A stretch of DNA of 64,000 nt from Fimbriimonadaceae bacterium (GTDB lineage Bacteria; Armatimonadota; UBA10988). A program made the position numbers and the translations under genes. The notes beneath the pieces were generated by a model that was not told where the DNA came from, made no database searches, and saw nothing but the letters and a program-made list of their open reading frames with translations. How positions within the stretch are numbered: the stretch's first letter is position 1; each line of letters opens with the position of its first letter. Location: the NCBI GenBank assembly GCA_020850355.1, contig JADZEX010000048.1, positions 13,508 to 77,507 of the forward strand. The letters are read 5' to 3'. This document shows, in pieces, positions 19,086 to 27,386 of this stretch.

Positions 19086-19886
19086 ATGGCCGACGACATA
19101 CGCGGGCTACTGGACGAGTGGCCCTACGACCCGGAGGAGGACCTGACGGTCCGTCAGATCCCGGGCCCGGGTGGCGAGGCGCGGCTGCAGCTCCGGTTGG
19201 AGTTGGGGCTGCTCGAAATGCACGCCCAGGGCCGCCCCGACGGCCTACGGCCGGCCGGCTTTCCCTCGCTGCTCGAGCTCCACCAGGCCCAACTCAGCCG
19301 GGTCGACGACGAGGACGAGTACCAGCTCGACCACGAGCAGTGCCAGGCGCTGCAGCAGGAGTCCTTGCAGTACTACCACCGCCGGATCGGCTACCTGAAG
19401 CTGGGCGACTACCTCGCCGCGGTGGCCGACGCCGACCACAACCTGGCCATCATGGACCTCCTCCGCGACCGCGCCGCCGACCGCAACGACTGGCTGGCCA
19501 GCGAGCAGTACCGCAGCTTCGTGCTGACGCACCGCACCCGCGCCCAGATGCTGGCGGCGCTCGACCAGCAAGACCTCGCCGCCGCGCTGGCCGCGGTCGA
19601 GCAGGGCATCGCCCGGCTGGAACAGCTCTACCGCGAGGACTACCAGCGCCCCGAGCTGCTGCAGACCAGCGACGACCTGGCCGGGCTGCGCCAGGTGCGG
19701 CAGTCGCTGATCCAAAGCGACCGCGTGGTGATCGAAGGCGGCGACAACCGCGAGCTGCAACTGGACCGTGAGCTGGCCGCCGCCATCGCCGCCGAGGACT
19801 TCGAGGACGCCGCCCGCCTGCGGGACGAGTTGGAGCAGATCCGCCAGGCCAAGCGCCGCCGGCAAGCCCAGAAGGGCATCGTCTGA
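19086..19886 (+). CDS. UVR (UvrB/UvrC motif) domain-containing protein
   Basis: The conserved N-terminus (LLDEWPYDPEEDLTVRQI...LELGLLEMHAQGRPDG) belongs to a widespread hypothetical family. The C-terminal AAIAAEDFEDAARLRDEL is a UVR motif. Confidence 0.8.
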   Translation: MADDIRGLLDEWPYDPEEDLTVRQIPGPGGEARLQLRLELGLLEMHAQGRPDGLRPAGFPSLLELHQAQLSRVDDEDEYQLDHEQCQALQQESLQYYHRRIGYLKLGDYLAAVADADHNLAIMDLLRDRAADRNDWLASEQYRSFVLTHRTRAQMLAALDQQDLAAALAAVEQGIARLEQLYREDYQRPELLQTSDDLAGLRQVRQSLIQSDRVVIEGGDNRELQLDRELAAAIAAEDFEDAARLRDELEQIRQAKRRRQAQKGIV

Positions 19887-19911
19887 CCGCACCCGGTTGC
19901 GGCCGATCCGT

Positions 19912-19980
19912 TCACCGTCGCCCACCTCGCCCTTCGAGACGGCCTGCGGCCTCCTCAGGACAAGCGGGTTCGGGTTGGTG
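19912..19980. repeat. 69-bp direct repeat, copy 1
   Basis: tcaccgtcgcccacctcgcccttcgagacggcctgcggcctcctcaggacaagcgggttcgggttggtg. It is 68/69 identical to 20135-20203; the single mismatch is 19963 a vs 20186 c. Confidence 0.9.
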
Positions 19981-20025
19981 GGGTGGCGAAACGGGGTGGC
20001 CCGCCGCGATCGGGCCCCGCGCAGC

Positions 20026-20086
20026 GGCGGCGAAACACGGGTCTGGACTGACGGTACTCCGACGGTCCTGACCCGTTTTCGCCGCC
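20026..20086. repeat. long imperfect inverted repeat / hairpin (17-bp stem with one bulge, ~26-nt loop); possible bidirectional terminator
   Basis: ggcggcgaaacacgggtc (20026-20043) pairs with gacccgttttcgccgcc (20070-20086). A third arm-like copy, ggtggcgaaacgggg, sits at 19983-19997. The element lies between convergent genes. Confidence 0.5.
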
Positions 20087-20134
20087 ACCACCCCCGGCCA
20101 GGCCGGACCAAGGATCACTGGCGGCGCGATGCCC

Positions 20135-20203
20135 TCACCGTCGCCCACCTCGCCCTTCGAGACGGCCTGCGGCCTCCTCAGGACACGCGGGTTCGGGTTG
20201 GTG
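20135..20203. repeat. 69-bp direct repeat, copy 2
   Basis: Same sequence as 19912-19980, offset by 223 bp. It ends 45 bp before the stop of the OM barrel gene. Confidence 0.9.
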
Positions 20204-20248
20204 ACTCTGCAGACGGACGGCCGCCGGTGGGCAGCGGGGCGAGCGGCG

Positions 20249-22819
20249 TCAGAACGGCATCGTGTAGGTGAAGCCGACGCGGTACTGCTCTTCGGTGTCC
20301 CAGTCGGCGAGATCGTCGAAGCGGTCCTGGTAGAAGCCGGTGAGGGCCAGGCGGCCGCCGGTCAAAGCCTTGGTGTAGTTGAGTTCCAGCCGCGAGTTGC
20401 CGTTGCGCGTTTCGCCGCGGCGGGTGCTGCGGAGGCGCCACGTAGCGCTCAGCTCCTCGGACTTGCCGGGTTTCCAGATCAGCGAGGCTTCGTGCTCTTC
20501 GAGCTTCTCGCTCTGCTCCTGGCCGTAGCCCGGGGTGCGCAGCCGGTGGTACTTGCCCTTGACCTGCATCCCCTTGAGCAGCCAGTCCGACGGCAGGCTC
20601 ATCTCGACGGCGAGGTCGCGGGCGCGCTGCACGGCGTCACCCTCGCCGAGGGCGGCGCGCGGTGCGGAGGGCAGCTCGCTGTAAGCCAAGGTGGCGGTGC
20701 CGCCCTGACCGAAGCGCTGCGTGGCGCCGACGGTGAAGCTGCGGCGGTCGACCTCATACCAATCCTGCACCACCGCCTGGGCCCCGGCGGACTGCGTCTG
20801 CGCCAGTTGCGCTTTCAGCTCGAGACTGCCGGCCGGCTTCAGCGAGGCGGCCACGAACATCGCCGGGCGGGTCTTGCCGTCGGCGCCCTTCAGTTCGCGG
20901 TAGCCCAACTCTGCGGTCGGCAGGAAGGGCAGCGGCTTCGCGGCCTTCACGGTCAGCGCCACTTCGCGCCGCTCCAGGTCGGTCTCGTCGTCTTTGTCGT
21001 AGCGGCTCCACTTGCCGCGCAGCCCGAACTCGCCGCTGATGGCCTGGGTGACGCTGACCCCGGTCTCGGTCAGCTTGTGCTCGCCCGCGGCGAACTGCGG
21101 GGTGGCGGCGGCCTGCTCCCACTCCAGGCTGCGGTGCCAGGCCGAGATGGTGGTGGTGCCAGGCCGCACGGTCGCCGCGACATCCCAGAGCACCGCGTCC
21201 TCGACCGGTTTGGCGAGCATTCCGGCGTAGCCGGCCAGCGCCAGCTTCGGCGCCGCCATCTGCTCCCAGCTCTCGTACCCCAGGTTGACCTCGTAGCGCG
21301 CCCCGAAGCGACGGTCGAAGCGGACCCGGTCGTGGGTCCCGGGCTCGACGTCTGGCCCGCTGACCCGCTCGTGCAGGGCACTCAGCCCGAAGGCGGTCTC
21401 GGCCGACATGGTCTGCATCCGAGCGACGGTGGTGGTGGTCTCGTCGTCGGTGGTGGCGATCCGGCTCTCGCGCCGGTCGCTGTAGCGCAGCGTGGTGCGC
21501 TTGCCGAAGGTGTAGGCCAGGCTCTGCTCGCGACCGCCGCTGCTGAGGCCCGGTTTGACGACCTCGAAGGTGCGCAACGTCCAGTTGAGCTTGTGCTGGC
21601 CGAAGGTGGTGCCCAGACCGTAGGTCAGGTCGTCGCTGCGGGTGAGCTTGTCGGGGGCTTCGTCGAAGAGCTTCTCGTTGCCGCTGCGTGAGGTGTTGCG
21701 GCGGTAGGAGAGGGCGACTTCCTTGACCGGCTGCAGCAGCAGCTTCTGCTCCTGCGTCTGGGTCAGGACGCCCTTGCCCTCCTGCCCCTTCGGATTGCTG
21801 TAGAAGCGGGTGTCGGTCCAGCCGGCGGCGAGGTAACCGAGGTTGAGGTTGGCGCTGGTCTGGTCCTCGCGGCCGCCCGCGAAGCGCTGCCAGTCGGTGT
21901 AACCGGTCTGCCGGAAGGCGCCGAACCCGGCGTCCATCGTGCGGGTGCTCTGGCGCACCTGCAACGCGCCGAAGCGCAGGCTCTGGGCGCGGTCGAGCAG
22001 CGTCTGCTCGCCGAGCGCGAGCCGCCGTTCGTAGAAGCCGACCGCCAGATCGCCGTGGCTGAAGCCGTACGACTCGAAATCGTCGCGGAGGCCCGCCAGG
22101 TCGTCGAGGCTGGCGTACCCGGCCTTGGCGTCGCCGAGCTTGCGGGCAGTCAGGTTGTACCCCTGGGCGCCGAGCAGCCGACCGGTGAGGGCCCCGCCGA
22201 ACTGGGCGTCCTCGTCGATGCGCAGCCCCTCGCGCTGGTAGGTGAAGCCATAGGCACCGAGCTTCAGCACGTCGCGAGCCAGGCCAGCGCGGTTTTCCTT
22301 GTCGATCAGCCGGTCGCGCCCCAGCTCAAAGCCGAGTTGGCCCTGCCGCCAGCCGAGGCGGTAATCCTGCTGACGCTTGCCGGCGAGTTCGGCGGCGAAG
22401 CCCAGGTTGCCGCTGTCGGCGAAGTCGCGGTCGATATCGACGAGGTTGAAGCCGAGCTGCAGGCCCTGCTGTTTGGCGTCGGTGGTGTAGCCGAGACTGT
22501 AGGCGGTTTGGGTCGACCCGGCCCAGAGTCCGGATTGCCCCGGCTGGCGGTCGCCGAACATCGTCTGGCGCTGGGCGTAGCGCATCTGCATCGCGCCGCG
22601 GCCCAGCAACAGGTCCTGGCCCTCGTAGCTCCAACCGTTGAAGGCCACGCCGGTGGCCGAGAAGGTCTGCTGCGCGCGGATTTGCGGCAGCCACGCCAAG
22701 GCGCGGTCGGGCTGCTCGTTGCCGGCCGCCAGCGCGATCGTCGGCAGCAGCAGGAGCCAGCCCGTGAGCAGCACCGTCGCCCGCGAGCGGGTCGACCGGA
22801 TTACGACCTTAGCGTTCAT
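20249..22819 (-). CDS. 856-aa outer-membrane beta-barrel protein of unknown family
   Basis: Signal peptide (VLLTGWLLLLPTIALAAG), pervasive alternating Y/F/G-rich strand pattern, and a C-terminal YRVGFTYTMPF ending in Phe. No POTRA or plug motifs recognised. Confidence 0.8.
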   Translation of the reverse strand: MNAKVVIRSTRSRATVLLTGWLLLLPTIALAAGNEQPDRALAWLPQIRAQQTFSATGVAFNGWSYEGQDLLLGRGAMQMRYAQRQTMFGDRQPGQSGLWAGSTQTAYSLGYTTDAKQQGLQLGFNLVDIDRDFADSGNLGFAAELAGKRQQDYRLGWRQGQLGFELGRDRLIDKENRAGLARDVLKLGAYGFTYQREGLRIDEDAQFGGALTGRLLGAQGYNLTARKLGDAKAGYASLDDLAGLRDDFESYGFSHGDLAVGFYERRLALGEQTLLDRAQSLRFGALQVRQSTRTMDAGFGAFRQTGYTDWQRFAGGREDQTSANLNLGYLAAGWTDTRFYSNPKGQEGKGVLTQTQEQKLLLQPVKEVALSYRRNTSRSGNEKLFDEAPDKLTRSDDLTYGLGTTFGQHKLNWTLRTFEVVKPGLSSGGREQSLAYTFGKRTTLRYSDRRESRIATTDDETTTTVARMQTMSAETAFGLSALHERVSGPDVEPGTHDRVRFDRRFGARYEVNLGYESWEQMAAPKLALAGYAGMLAKPVEDAVLWDVAATVRPGTTTISAWHRSLEWEQAAATPQFAAGEHKLTETGVSVTQAISGEFGLRGKWSRYDKDDETDLERREVALTVKAAKPLPFLPTAELGYRELKGADGKTRPAMFVAASLKPAGSLELKAQLAQTQSAGAQAVVQDWYEVDRRSFTVGATQRFGQGGTATLAYSELPSAPRAALGEGDAVQRARDLAVEMSLPSDWLLKGMQVKGKYHRLRTPGYGQEQSEKLEEHEASLIWKPGKSEELSATWRLRSTRRGETRNGNSRLELNYTKALTGGRLALTGFYQDRFDDLADWDTEEQYRVGFTYTMPF

Positions 22820-22828
22820 CTTCCCGCG

Positions 22829-24001
22829 TTAGAAGGGCGGGACCTCCGTCCGTCGGGTAGGGTCCGCCGCACCTCGATCTTTGCGACTCGCGTCGGCTCC
22901 GGTGGGGTTCCCGTTTTCGCTAGAATCTTCGTTACCAAGCACGGATCCGCTGCCGCTGCGGTGGACGAACTCGGGTCCATTGCCACTGCTGCTGCGGGCG
23001 CCGTCGGCCAGCGCGCCGCCGCCCACCGTGCCCGGCACGGGCTGTGGCTGCACCCGCGGGACCACCTTCGGCCGCGGGGCCGGCGCGCGGCGCGGTTCGA
23101 CGGCCGGCGTGCTGGGCGCCCGGCGGTTGCGGTCGGCGGTGCGCTGGCGCGGGTCGTCGCGCGGCGTCGGCCGCACCTCACGCTCGCTGGTCCGCCGCTC
23201 GGGAGCGCTCTCCATGCCTTCGCGGATCACCGGCTCGTCGCTCTCGTCAGACGGGAGCTCGGGCTCGATCGAGGCCACCCGCTCGGTGGCGCTCGCGGCA
23301 GCCGGCTCAATCGCCACGGCGGTGCCCGGCTGCGGCGCGACCAGCGTCGGCGGCACCACGGGCTGGCTGGCGGCCGGCTCGACAGCCGGCGCGGAGGCGA
23401 CCGCCGGTGCGGGCTGCCCCCCGCCGCGGGTCAGGCCGACCACCACGCCGCAGAGCAGCAACGCGGCGACGGCGCTGGTGGCCAGGCGGCGCGGCAGGTG
23501 TCGCAGCGGCAGGCGCCGGGCTGGGGCCGCCTGTTGCTGGCGATCCAGCCGTGCGACCTGCGCGGCAATCTGTTCCTTGAGGCCCGGCGGCGGCTCGACC
23601 TCGGTCTCACCGATCCCGGCCAGGGCCTCGAGCATCGCGGCCTGCAGCTCGAAGGTCTCGGCGAACTCGGCATCGACCGCGCGGTAGTGATCGACCACCT
23701 GGCGGCGCGGCTCGCTGATCTCGCCGTCGAGATACTCGTCGATCCATTCGAGCGCCTGCGCGCGCGTCGCCTCGACCGGTTGCAGGCTGGCCGCGGCGCG
23801 CCGGATACGGTCGCAGAGGCCGGCCGGCGGTTCGACCAACGGCAACTCGCGGACCAGGCTGACGACCGTCGCCAGCTCTTCGTAGGCGGCGAGATCCTCG
23901 GGATGCTCTTCGCACCAGGCCGCGAGCAGGCGCTGCTCCTCGGCGGTGAGTTCACCGTCGATGTAGGCCGACAGGTTTTCCAGTCGCTCCAAGCGGTTCA
24001 T
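22829..24001 (-). CDS. anti-sigma-factor-like single-pass membrane protein with two tandem ASD-like modules and a Pro/Arg/Glu-rich C-terminal region
   Basis: ORF 22829..24850 trimmed to ATG 24001. It has LSAYIDGELTAEE...PPAGLCDRI, then IDEYLDGEISEPR...PPPGLKEQI, then the TM segment LATSAVAALLLCGVVVGL and about 200 low-complexity residues. The stop is 9 bp from the OMP start. Confidence 0.7.
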   Translation of the reverse strand: MNRLERLENLSAYIDGELTAEEQRLLAAWCEEHPEDLAAYEELATVVSLVRELPLVEPPAGLCDRIRRAAASLQPVEATRAQALEWIDEYLDGEISEPRRQVVDHYRAVDAEFAETFELQAAMLEALAGIGETEVEPPPGLKEQIAAQVARLDRQQQAAPARRLPLRHLPRRLATSAVAALLLCGVVVGLTRGGGQPAPAVASAPAVEPAASQPVVPPTLVAPQPGTAVAIEPAAASATERVASIEPELPSDESDEPVIREGMESAPERRTSEREVRPTPRDDPRQRTADRNRRAPSTPAVEPRRAPAPRPKVVPRVQPQPVPGTVGGGALADGARSSSGNGPEFVHRSGSGSVLGNEDSSENGNPTGADASRKDRGAADPTRRTEVPPF

Positions 24002-24028
24002 CGAACTTCTCGCACCACGCCATTCGGC

Positions 24029-24059
24029 GGACTCTAGGAGTCCTATGGCTCTCTGACAC
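24029..24059 (-). promoter_or_regulatory. putative internal promoter (GTGTCA-N17-TAGAGT) overlapped by a 15-bp palindrome GGACTC-cta-GAGTCC
   Basis: The minus strand reads GTGTCA gagagccataggactcc TAGAGT. The perfect palindrome is at 24029-24043, 28 nt upstream of ATG 24001. Confidence 0.3.
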
Positions 24060-24096
24060 TGGCGACGACTCGGAGTTGCACGTTTCTCAGGATACC

Positions 24097-24909
24097 TCAT
24101 TCGGGCGTGCGATGTCGACTCGTCCAGGAGTCCCACAGCGCTTCCAGCCACGCTTCCGGCTCGTGGGCCGTCGGCGCCAGGGCGCCCACCCGACTCGCCA
24201 GCGCGCCGGCGAGTCGACCGGCCAGTGCGGTCCGCACCGTCCACGGCAGGCTCTCGCGCCGTTGGCGGAACCGACTGAGCGATTCGACATCCGCCGGCTG
24301 CAGTCGCTGCAACTGCGCGGCCGCGAACCGTAACGTTGGTGTGGCCCGGACTCTTGAGCCGGCCAACAGCCCCTCGACCCAGGGCGTCGGCAGCTCGCGG
24401 ACCACCAGGGTGCCCGCCACGAGGTCGCCGAGGCGGCGGTGTCGGCTGTCCAGCAAGACCAGCATGGCGCCGCAGAGGTAGGGCGTCAGCAGCGGCAGGA
24501 GATCGGCGAGGCGCAGGATGTTGCGCAGGCTGCTGGCGGTCCAGGTCAGCGGGTAGCCGCCGTCGCGCAGGACCCGCAGACCGAGCAACCGCTTGCCGGG
24601 TGTCTGGCCCGCCCCGACCAGCTCCCCGAGGACCGGGTAGGCCCATAGCACCAGCCACCCCGCGCCGAGCGCCAGCGGCCAGAGCCAGCCCCGCAACCAG
24701 CCCGCGAAGCCGCTGGCCGGCAGGCGTCCGGTGGCGAGCCAGAGCAGGCCGCCGAGCAGGCCCAGCAGCAGGGCCTGCAGCAGGGAGTCGACCAGCAAGG
24801 CGGCGAAGCGCGAGGCCGGGCCGGCCAAAACGAAGTGCAGGGCACTGCAATCGGGCGTGACGATGGTCACGGTGCGGTCGAGTTCGGCCTGGTCAAGCGG
24901 CACGGCCAT
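24097..24909 (-). CDS. RDD-family membrane protein
   Basis: Trimmed to ATG 24909 (GGAGG 7 nt upstream). It has FAALLVDSLLQ..., three or four TM segments and RHRRLGDLVAGTLVV (the RDD signature region). Confidence 0.8.
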   Translation of the reverse strand: MAVPLDQAELDRTVTIVTPDCSALHFVLAGPASRFAALLVDSLLQALLLGLLGGLLWLATGRLPASGFAGWLRGWLWPLALGAGWLVLWAYPVLGELVGAGQTPGKRLLGLRVLRDGGYPLTWTASSLRNILRLADLLPLLTPYLCGAMLVLLDSRHRRLGDLVAGTLVVRELPTPWVEGLLAGSRVRATPTLRFAAAQLQRLQPADVESLSRFRQRRESLPWTVRTALAGRLAGALASRVGALAPTAHEPEAWLEALWDSWTSRHRTPE

Positions 24910-24941
24910 CGCCGAGCCTCCAGCCACCGACGCGGTAGCAG

Positions 24942-25016
24942 GGTGAGTAAAGGGACTTGAACCCTCGACCTCCAGGGCCACAACCTGGCGCTCTAACCGC
25001 CTGAGCTATACCCACC
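24942..25016 (-). tRNA. tRNA-His: tRNA-His (anticodon GTG)
   Basis: Hand-folded: G-1, acceptor GTGGGTA/TACTCAC, discriminator C73 pairing with G-1 (the His identity feature). D arm AGCTC..GAGC, anticodon stem CCAGG/CCTGG with loop TTGTGGC, T arm GAGGG TTCAAGT CCCTT. No encoded CCA. Confidence 0.9.
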
Positions 25017-25027
25017 AAGAGCCGCGG

Positions 25028-25056
25028 ATTCTAGCACGCCGCGGCCAGCGGGTCAA
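25028..25056 (-). promoter_or_regulatory. sigma70 promoter TTGACC-N17-TAGAAT driving tRNA-His (and possibly the downstream genes)
   Basis: The minus strand reads gcgcTTGACCcgctggccgcggcgtgcTAGAATcc. The tRNA G-1 starts 11 nt after the -10 box. Confidence 0.6.
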
Positions 25057-25109
25057 GCGCGCAGGGGCGGCCGGCGGCGCGGCGAAGGGGCGCCGGGGAG
25101 ACCGCCGGG

Positions 25110-26249
25110 ATGCGACCCTCGGTGCTGCTGGTGGCGGGCGATCCGTCGGGCGATCATCACGCCGCGCGGCTGCTGCGCGAACTGCGCTCGCGGCGGCCGG
25201 AGCTCGACTGTTGGGGCTATGGCGGCCAGGAGCTGGCGGCGGCCGGGCTGCGGCTGGCCGGTGACCTGGTCAGTCTCAGCGCAATCGGCCTGGTCGATGT
25301 GCTGCCCAACTACCGCCGCGGCCGGCGGCTGCTGGACGAGGCCTTGGCGACGGTCACCGCCAGGCCGCCGCAGCTCGCGGTGCTGGTCGACTGCGGCGCC
25401 TTCAACCTGCGTCTGGCGCCGTTGCTCCGCCGGCTCGGGGTGCCGGTGCTGGGGTACATCCCGCCGGGCTGCTGGAGCGGCTCCCGCCGGCGCGCCGCGG
25501 CGGTCGCAGCGTGCTACGACGCGGTCGCCACGCCGTTCCCGCAGCCGCTGGCGGCGTACGCCGAGCTGGGTCTGCCGGCCCGGCTGGTGGGCCACCCGCT
25601 GGCCGAAGAGTATGCCGACCTGCCGCCCCTGCCGCCGACCTTCGACGGCCCGCCGACGCTGGCCCTGCTGCCCGGCAGCCGGCGCCAGGAGCTGCTGCAC
25701 CTGCTTAGCCCGCTGCTGCGCAGCGCCGCGGCGCTGCAGCGCGAGCTGCCGGGGCTGCGGGTGGTGGTCAGCCGGGCGCCCAGCGCGCCGCGCGAGTTGT
25801 TTGACCGGCAGTTGGCGGCGGCCGGCGTGGCGGTCGAGGTGGTCGCTGGCGCCTGCGCCGCGCTGCGCGGCGCCACCGCGGCGATCGTCAAGTCGGGCAC
25901 GGTCACCTTGGAGGCCCTCCTGCTGGGCGTCCCGGCGGTCGCCGTGTACCGCGCCAGTTGGCTGGCGGTGGCGGTCGGGGCGCTCTACTACTGGCCCCGC
26001 CCGAAGTACTGGGCGATGCCCAATCTGCTCGCCGACGACCTGGTGATGCCGCAGTTCTTCCAGCATCAGGTGACCCCCGCCCGGCTGCTGCCGGTGCTCC
26101 GCCCCTGGCTGGCCGACACGCCGCAGCGCGCGGCGCAGGTGGCCCGGCTGGCGCAGACGGCGCAGTTGTTGGGTGGCGGTCAGCCGACCGCTGAGACCGC
26201 TGACCTGGCGCTGGCGTTGCTCGACCGGCGGCCGCTACCCGTCCCGTAG
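25110..26249 (+). CDS. lpxB: lipid-A-disaccharide synthase
   Basis: LLVAGDPSGDHHAARLL, GPPTLALLPGSRRQEL and IVKSGTVTLEALLLGVPAVAVYR match the LpxB GT19 pattern. Confidence 0.9.
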   Translation: MRPSVLLVAGDPSGDHHAARLLRELRSRRPELDCWGYGGQELAAAGLRLAGDLVSLSAIGLVDVLPNYRRGRRLLDEALATVTARPPQLAVLVDCGAFNLRLAPLLRRLGVPVLGYIPPGCWSGSRRRAAAVAACYDAVATPFPQPLAAYAELGLPARLVGHPLAEEYADLPPLPPTFDGPPTLALLPGSRRQELLHLLSPLLRSAAALQRELPGLRVVVSRAPSAPRELFDRQLAAAGVAVEVVAGACAALRGATAAIVKSGTVTLEALLLGVPAVAVYRASWLAVAVGALYYWPRPKYWAMPNLLADDLVMPQFFQHQVTPARLLPVLRPWLADTPQRAAQVARLAQTAQLLGGGQPTAETADLALALLDRRPLPVP

Positions 26250-27386
26250 CCGCTCGATGGCGTTGGTCATCGCGGTCACGTTGGCCAGCGGGGTGCCCTT
26301 CACGAGCTGGTTGGAGCAGCCCACCACGACGCCGCCGTAGCGCTGCGCCGCGGCCATCGCGCGTTCGACTTCGGCCACTACCTGGGCCGGGCTGCCCTGG
26401 TGCAGTGTCTGCGAGTTGACGCCGCCGAACAGCACCAGGTGCGGGTACTGCTGCCGCAGGCGGGCGAGGTCCATCCCGGCCAGTTCGTCCAGCTCGTAGT
26501 AGCCGTCGAGATGCGGGAAGAGATCCGCCGCCACCGGCCAGAGGTTGCCGTCGCTGGCGTACTTGTGAAACACTCCCCGGGTGTGGCACTGGGCGGTCAC
26601 CCGCTGCACCGCCGGCGTCCAGAGTGCGCGATAACTGGCGGGCGACACGAACGGCCCCTGGTTCGAGGCGAAGTCGCCGCCGCCGGCCAGGATCCGGATT
26701 CCGGCGTCGGCCGCGGCGTCGACGTTCTTAACCGCGATGGTCGCCTGCGCCGCCAGCAGGCGGCCGACCAGCTCGGGGTAGAGCGCCACCGCCTCCAGCC
26801 AGGCGGGCTCGCGGTAGTTGATGTTGATCCCCACCCCACCGGCCCGCACGGCGCGCTGGCCGGCGAAGTGGTCGCGGGCCCGCAGCACGGTGGCGAACTG
26901 GTTGGCGCCGGGCTGGTAGCGCTCGGCCGAGGCCTCGGTCGCCTCCACCTGGCGCGCGATCGCCGCGGCCGTCAGCGGCGCGGGCGGCGGCACGCGGTGG
27001 ACCACGTCGTACAGCTCGGTCGCCGGGTCGAACCGCCAGACCTCGTGCGCCCCGGCCGGGTCGCCGTAGACAAAGGTCTGGTCGTCGATCTTGGCCGTCG
27101 GCCGGGTCGGCTTGCGCCAGTAGGCTTCGCGGACCAGATCCTGGTCGAGCAAGGCCGTCAAGGCGACGGCGTCCTGGAACGAGCGCTCGACGAACTCGGC
27201 GTGGGCAGCGGGGCCGTTCCAGAGCGCGGTGGCCTCGCGCCACTGGCAGATCCCGCCGCCGACGTGCGCCTCCGGTCGGCCCAGCAGGGCGCTGGCGACG
27301 GCGCTCGAAAAGCCGGCGTGGAAGACCGGCACGCGGTCGTAAGGCCGGCCCTCGAAGGCGGCCAGGATTCGTTCTCGGGGCGTCAC
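26235..27386 (-). CDS. uroporphyrinogen-decarboxylase (URO-D / MtaA-like) family protein
   Basis: ERILAAFEGRPYDRVPV at the N-terminus and the overall about 380-aa URO-D-like layout. GTG start forms a GTGA overlap with the sbcD stop. The 3' end overlaps lpxB by 15 bp (convergent). Confidence 0.75.
   Translation of the reverse strand: MTPRERILAAFEGRPYDRVPVFHAGFSSAVASALLGRPEAHVGGGICQWREATALWNGPAAHAEFVERSFQDAVALTALLDQDLVREAYWRKPTRPTAKIDDQTFVYGDPAGAHEVWRFDPATELYDVVHRVPPPAPLTAAAIARQVEATEASAERYQPGANQFATVLRARDHFAGQRAVRAGGVGININYREPAWLEAVALYPELVGRLLAAQATIAVKNVDAAADAGIRILAGGGDFASNQGPFVSPASYRALWTPAVQRVTAQCHTRGVFHKYASDGNLWPVAADLFPHLDGYYELDELAGMDLARLRQQYPHLVLFGGVNSQTLHQGSPAQVVAEVERAMAAAQRYGGVVVGCSNQLVKGTPLANVTAMTNAIERLRDG

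Noticed and set aside
19887-25016. tRNA-His as the attachment site of a genomic island comprising the RDD / anti-sigma-like / OMP genes, bounded by the 69-bp repeats.
   Set aside because: There is no integrase and no duplicated copy of the tRNA 3' end near 19.9-20.2 kb. The 69-bp repeats show no similarity to the tRNA. I saw no compositional break, though I did not compute one.
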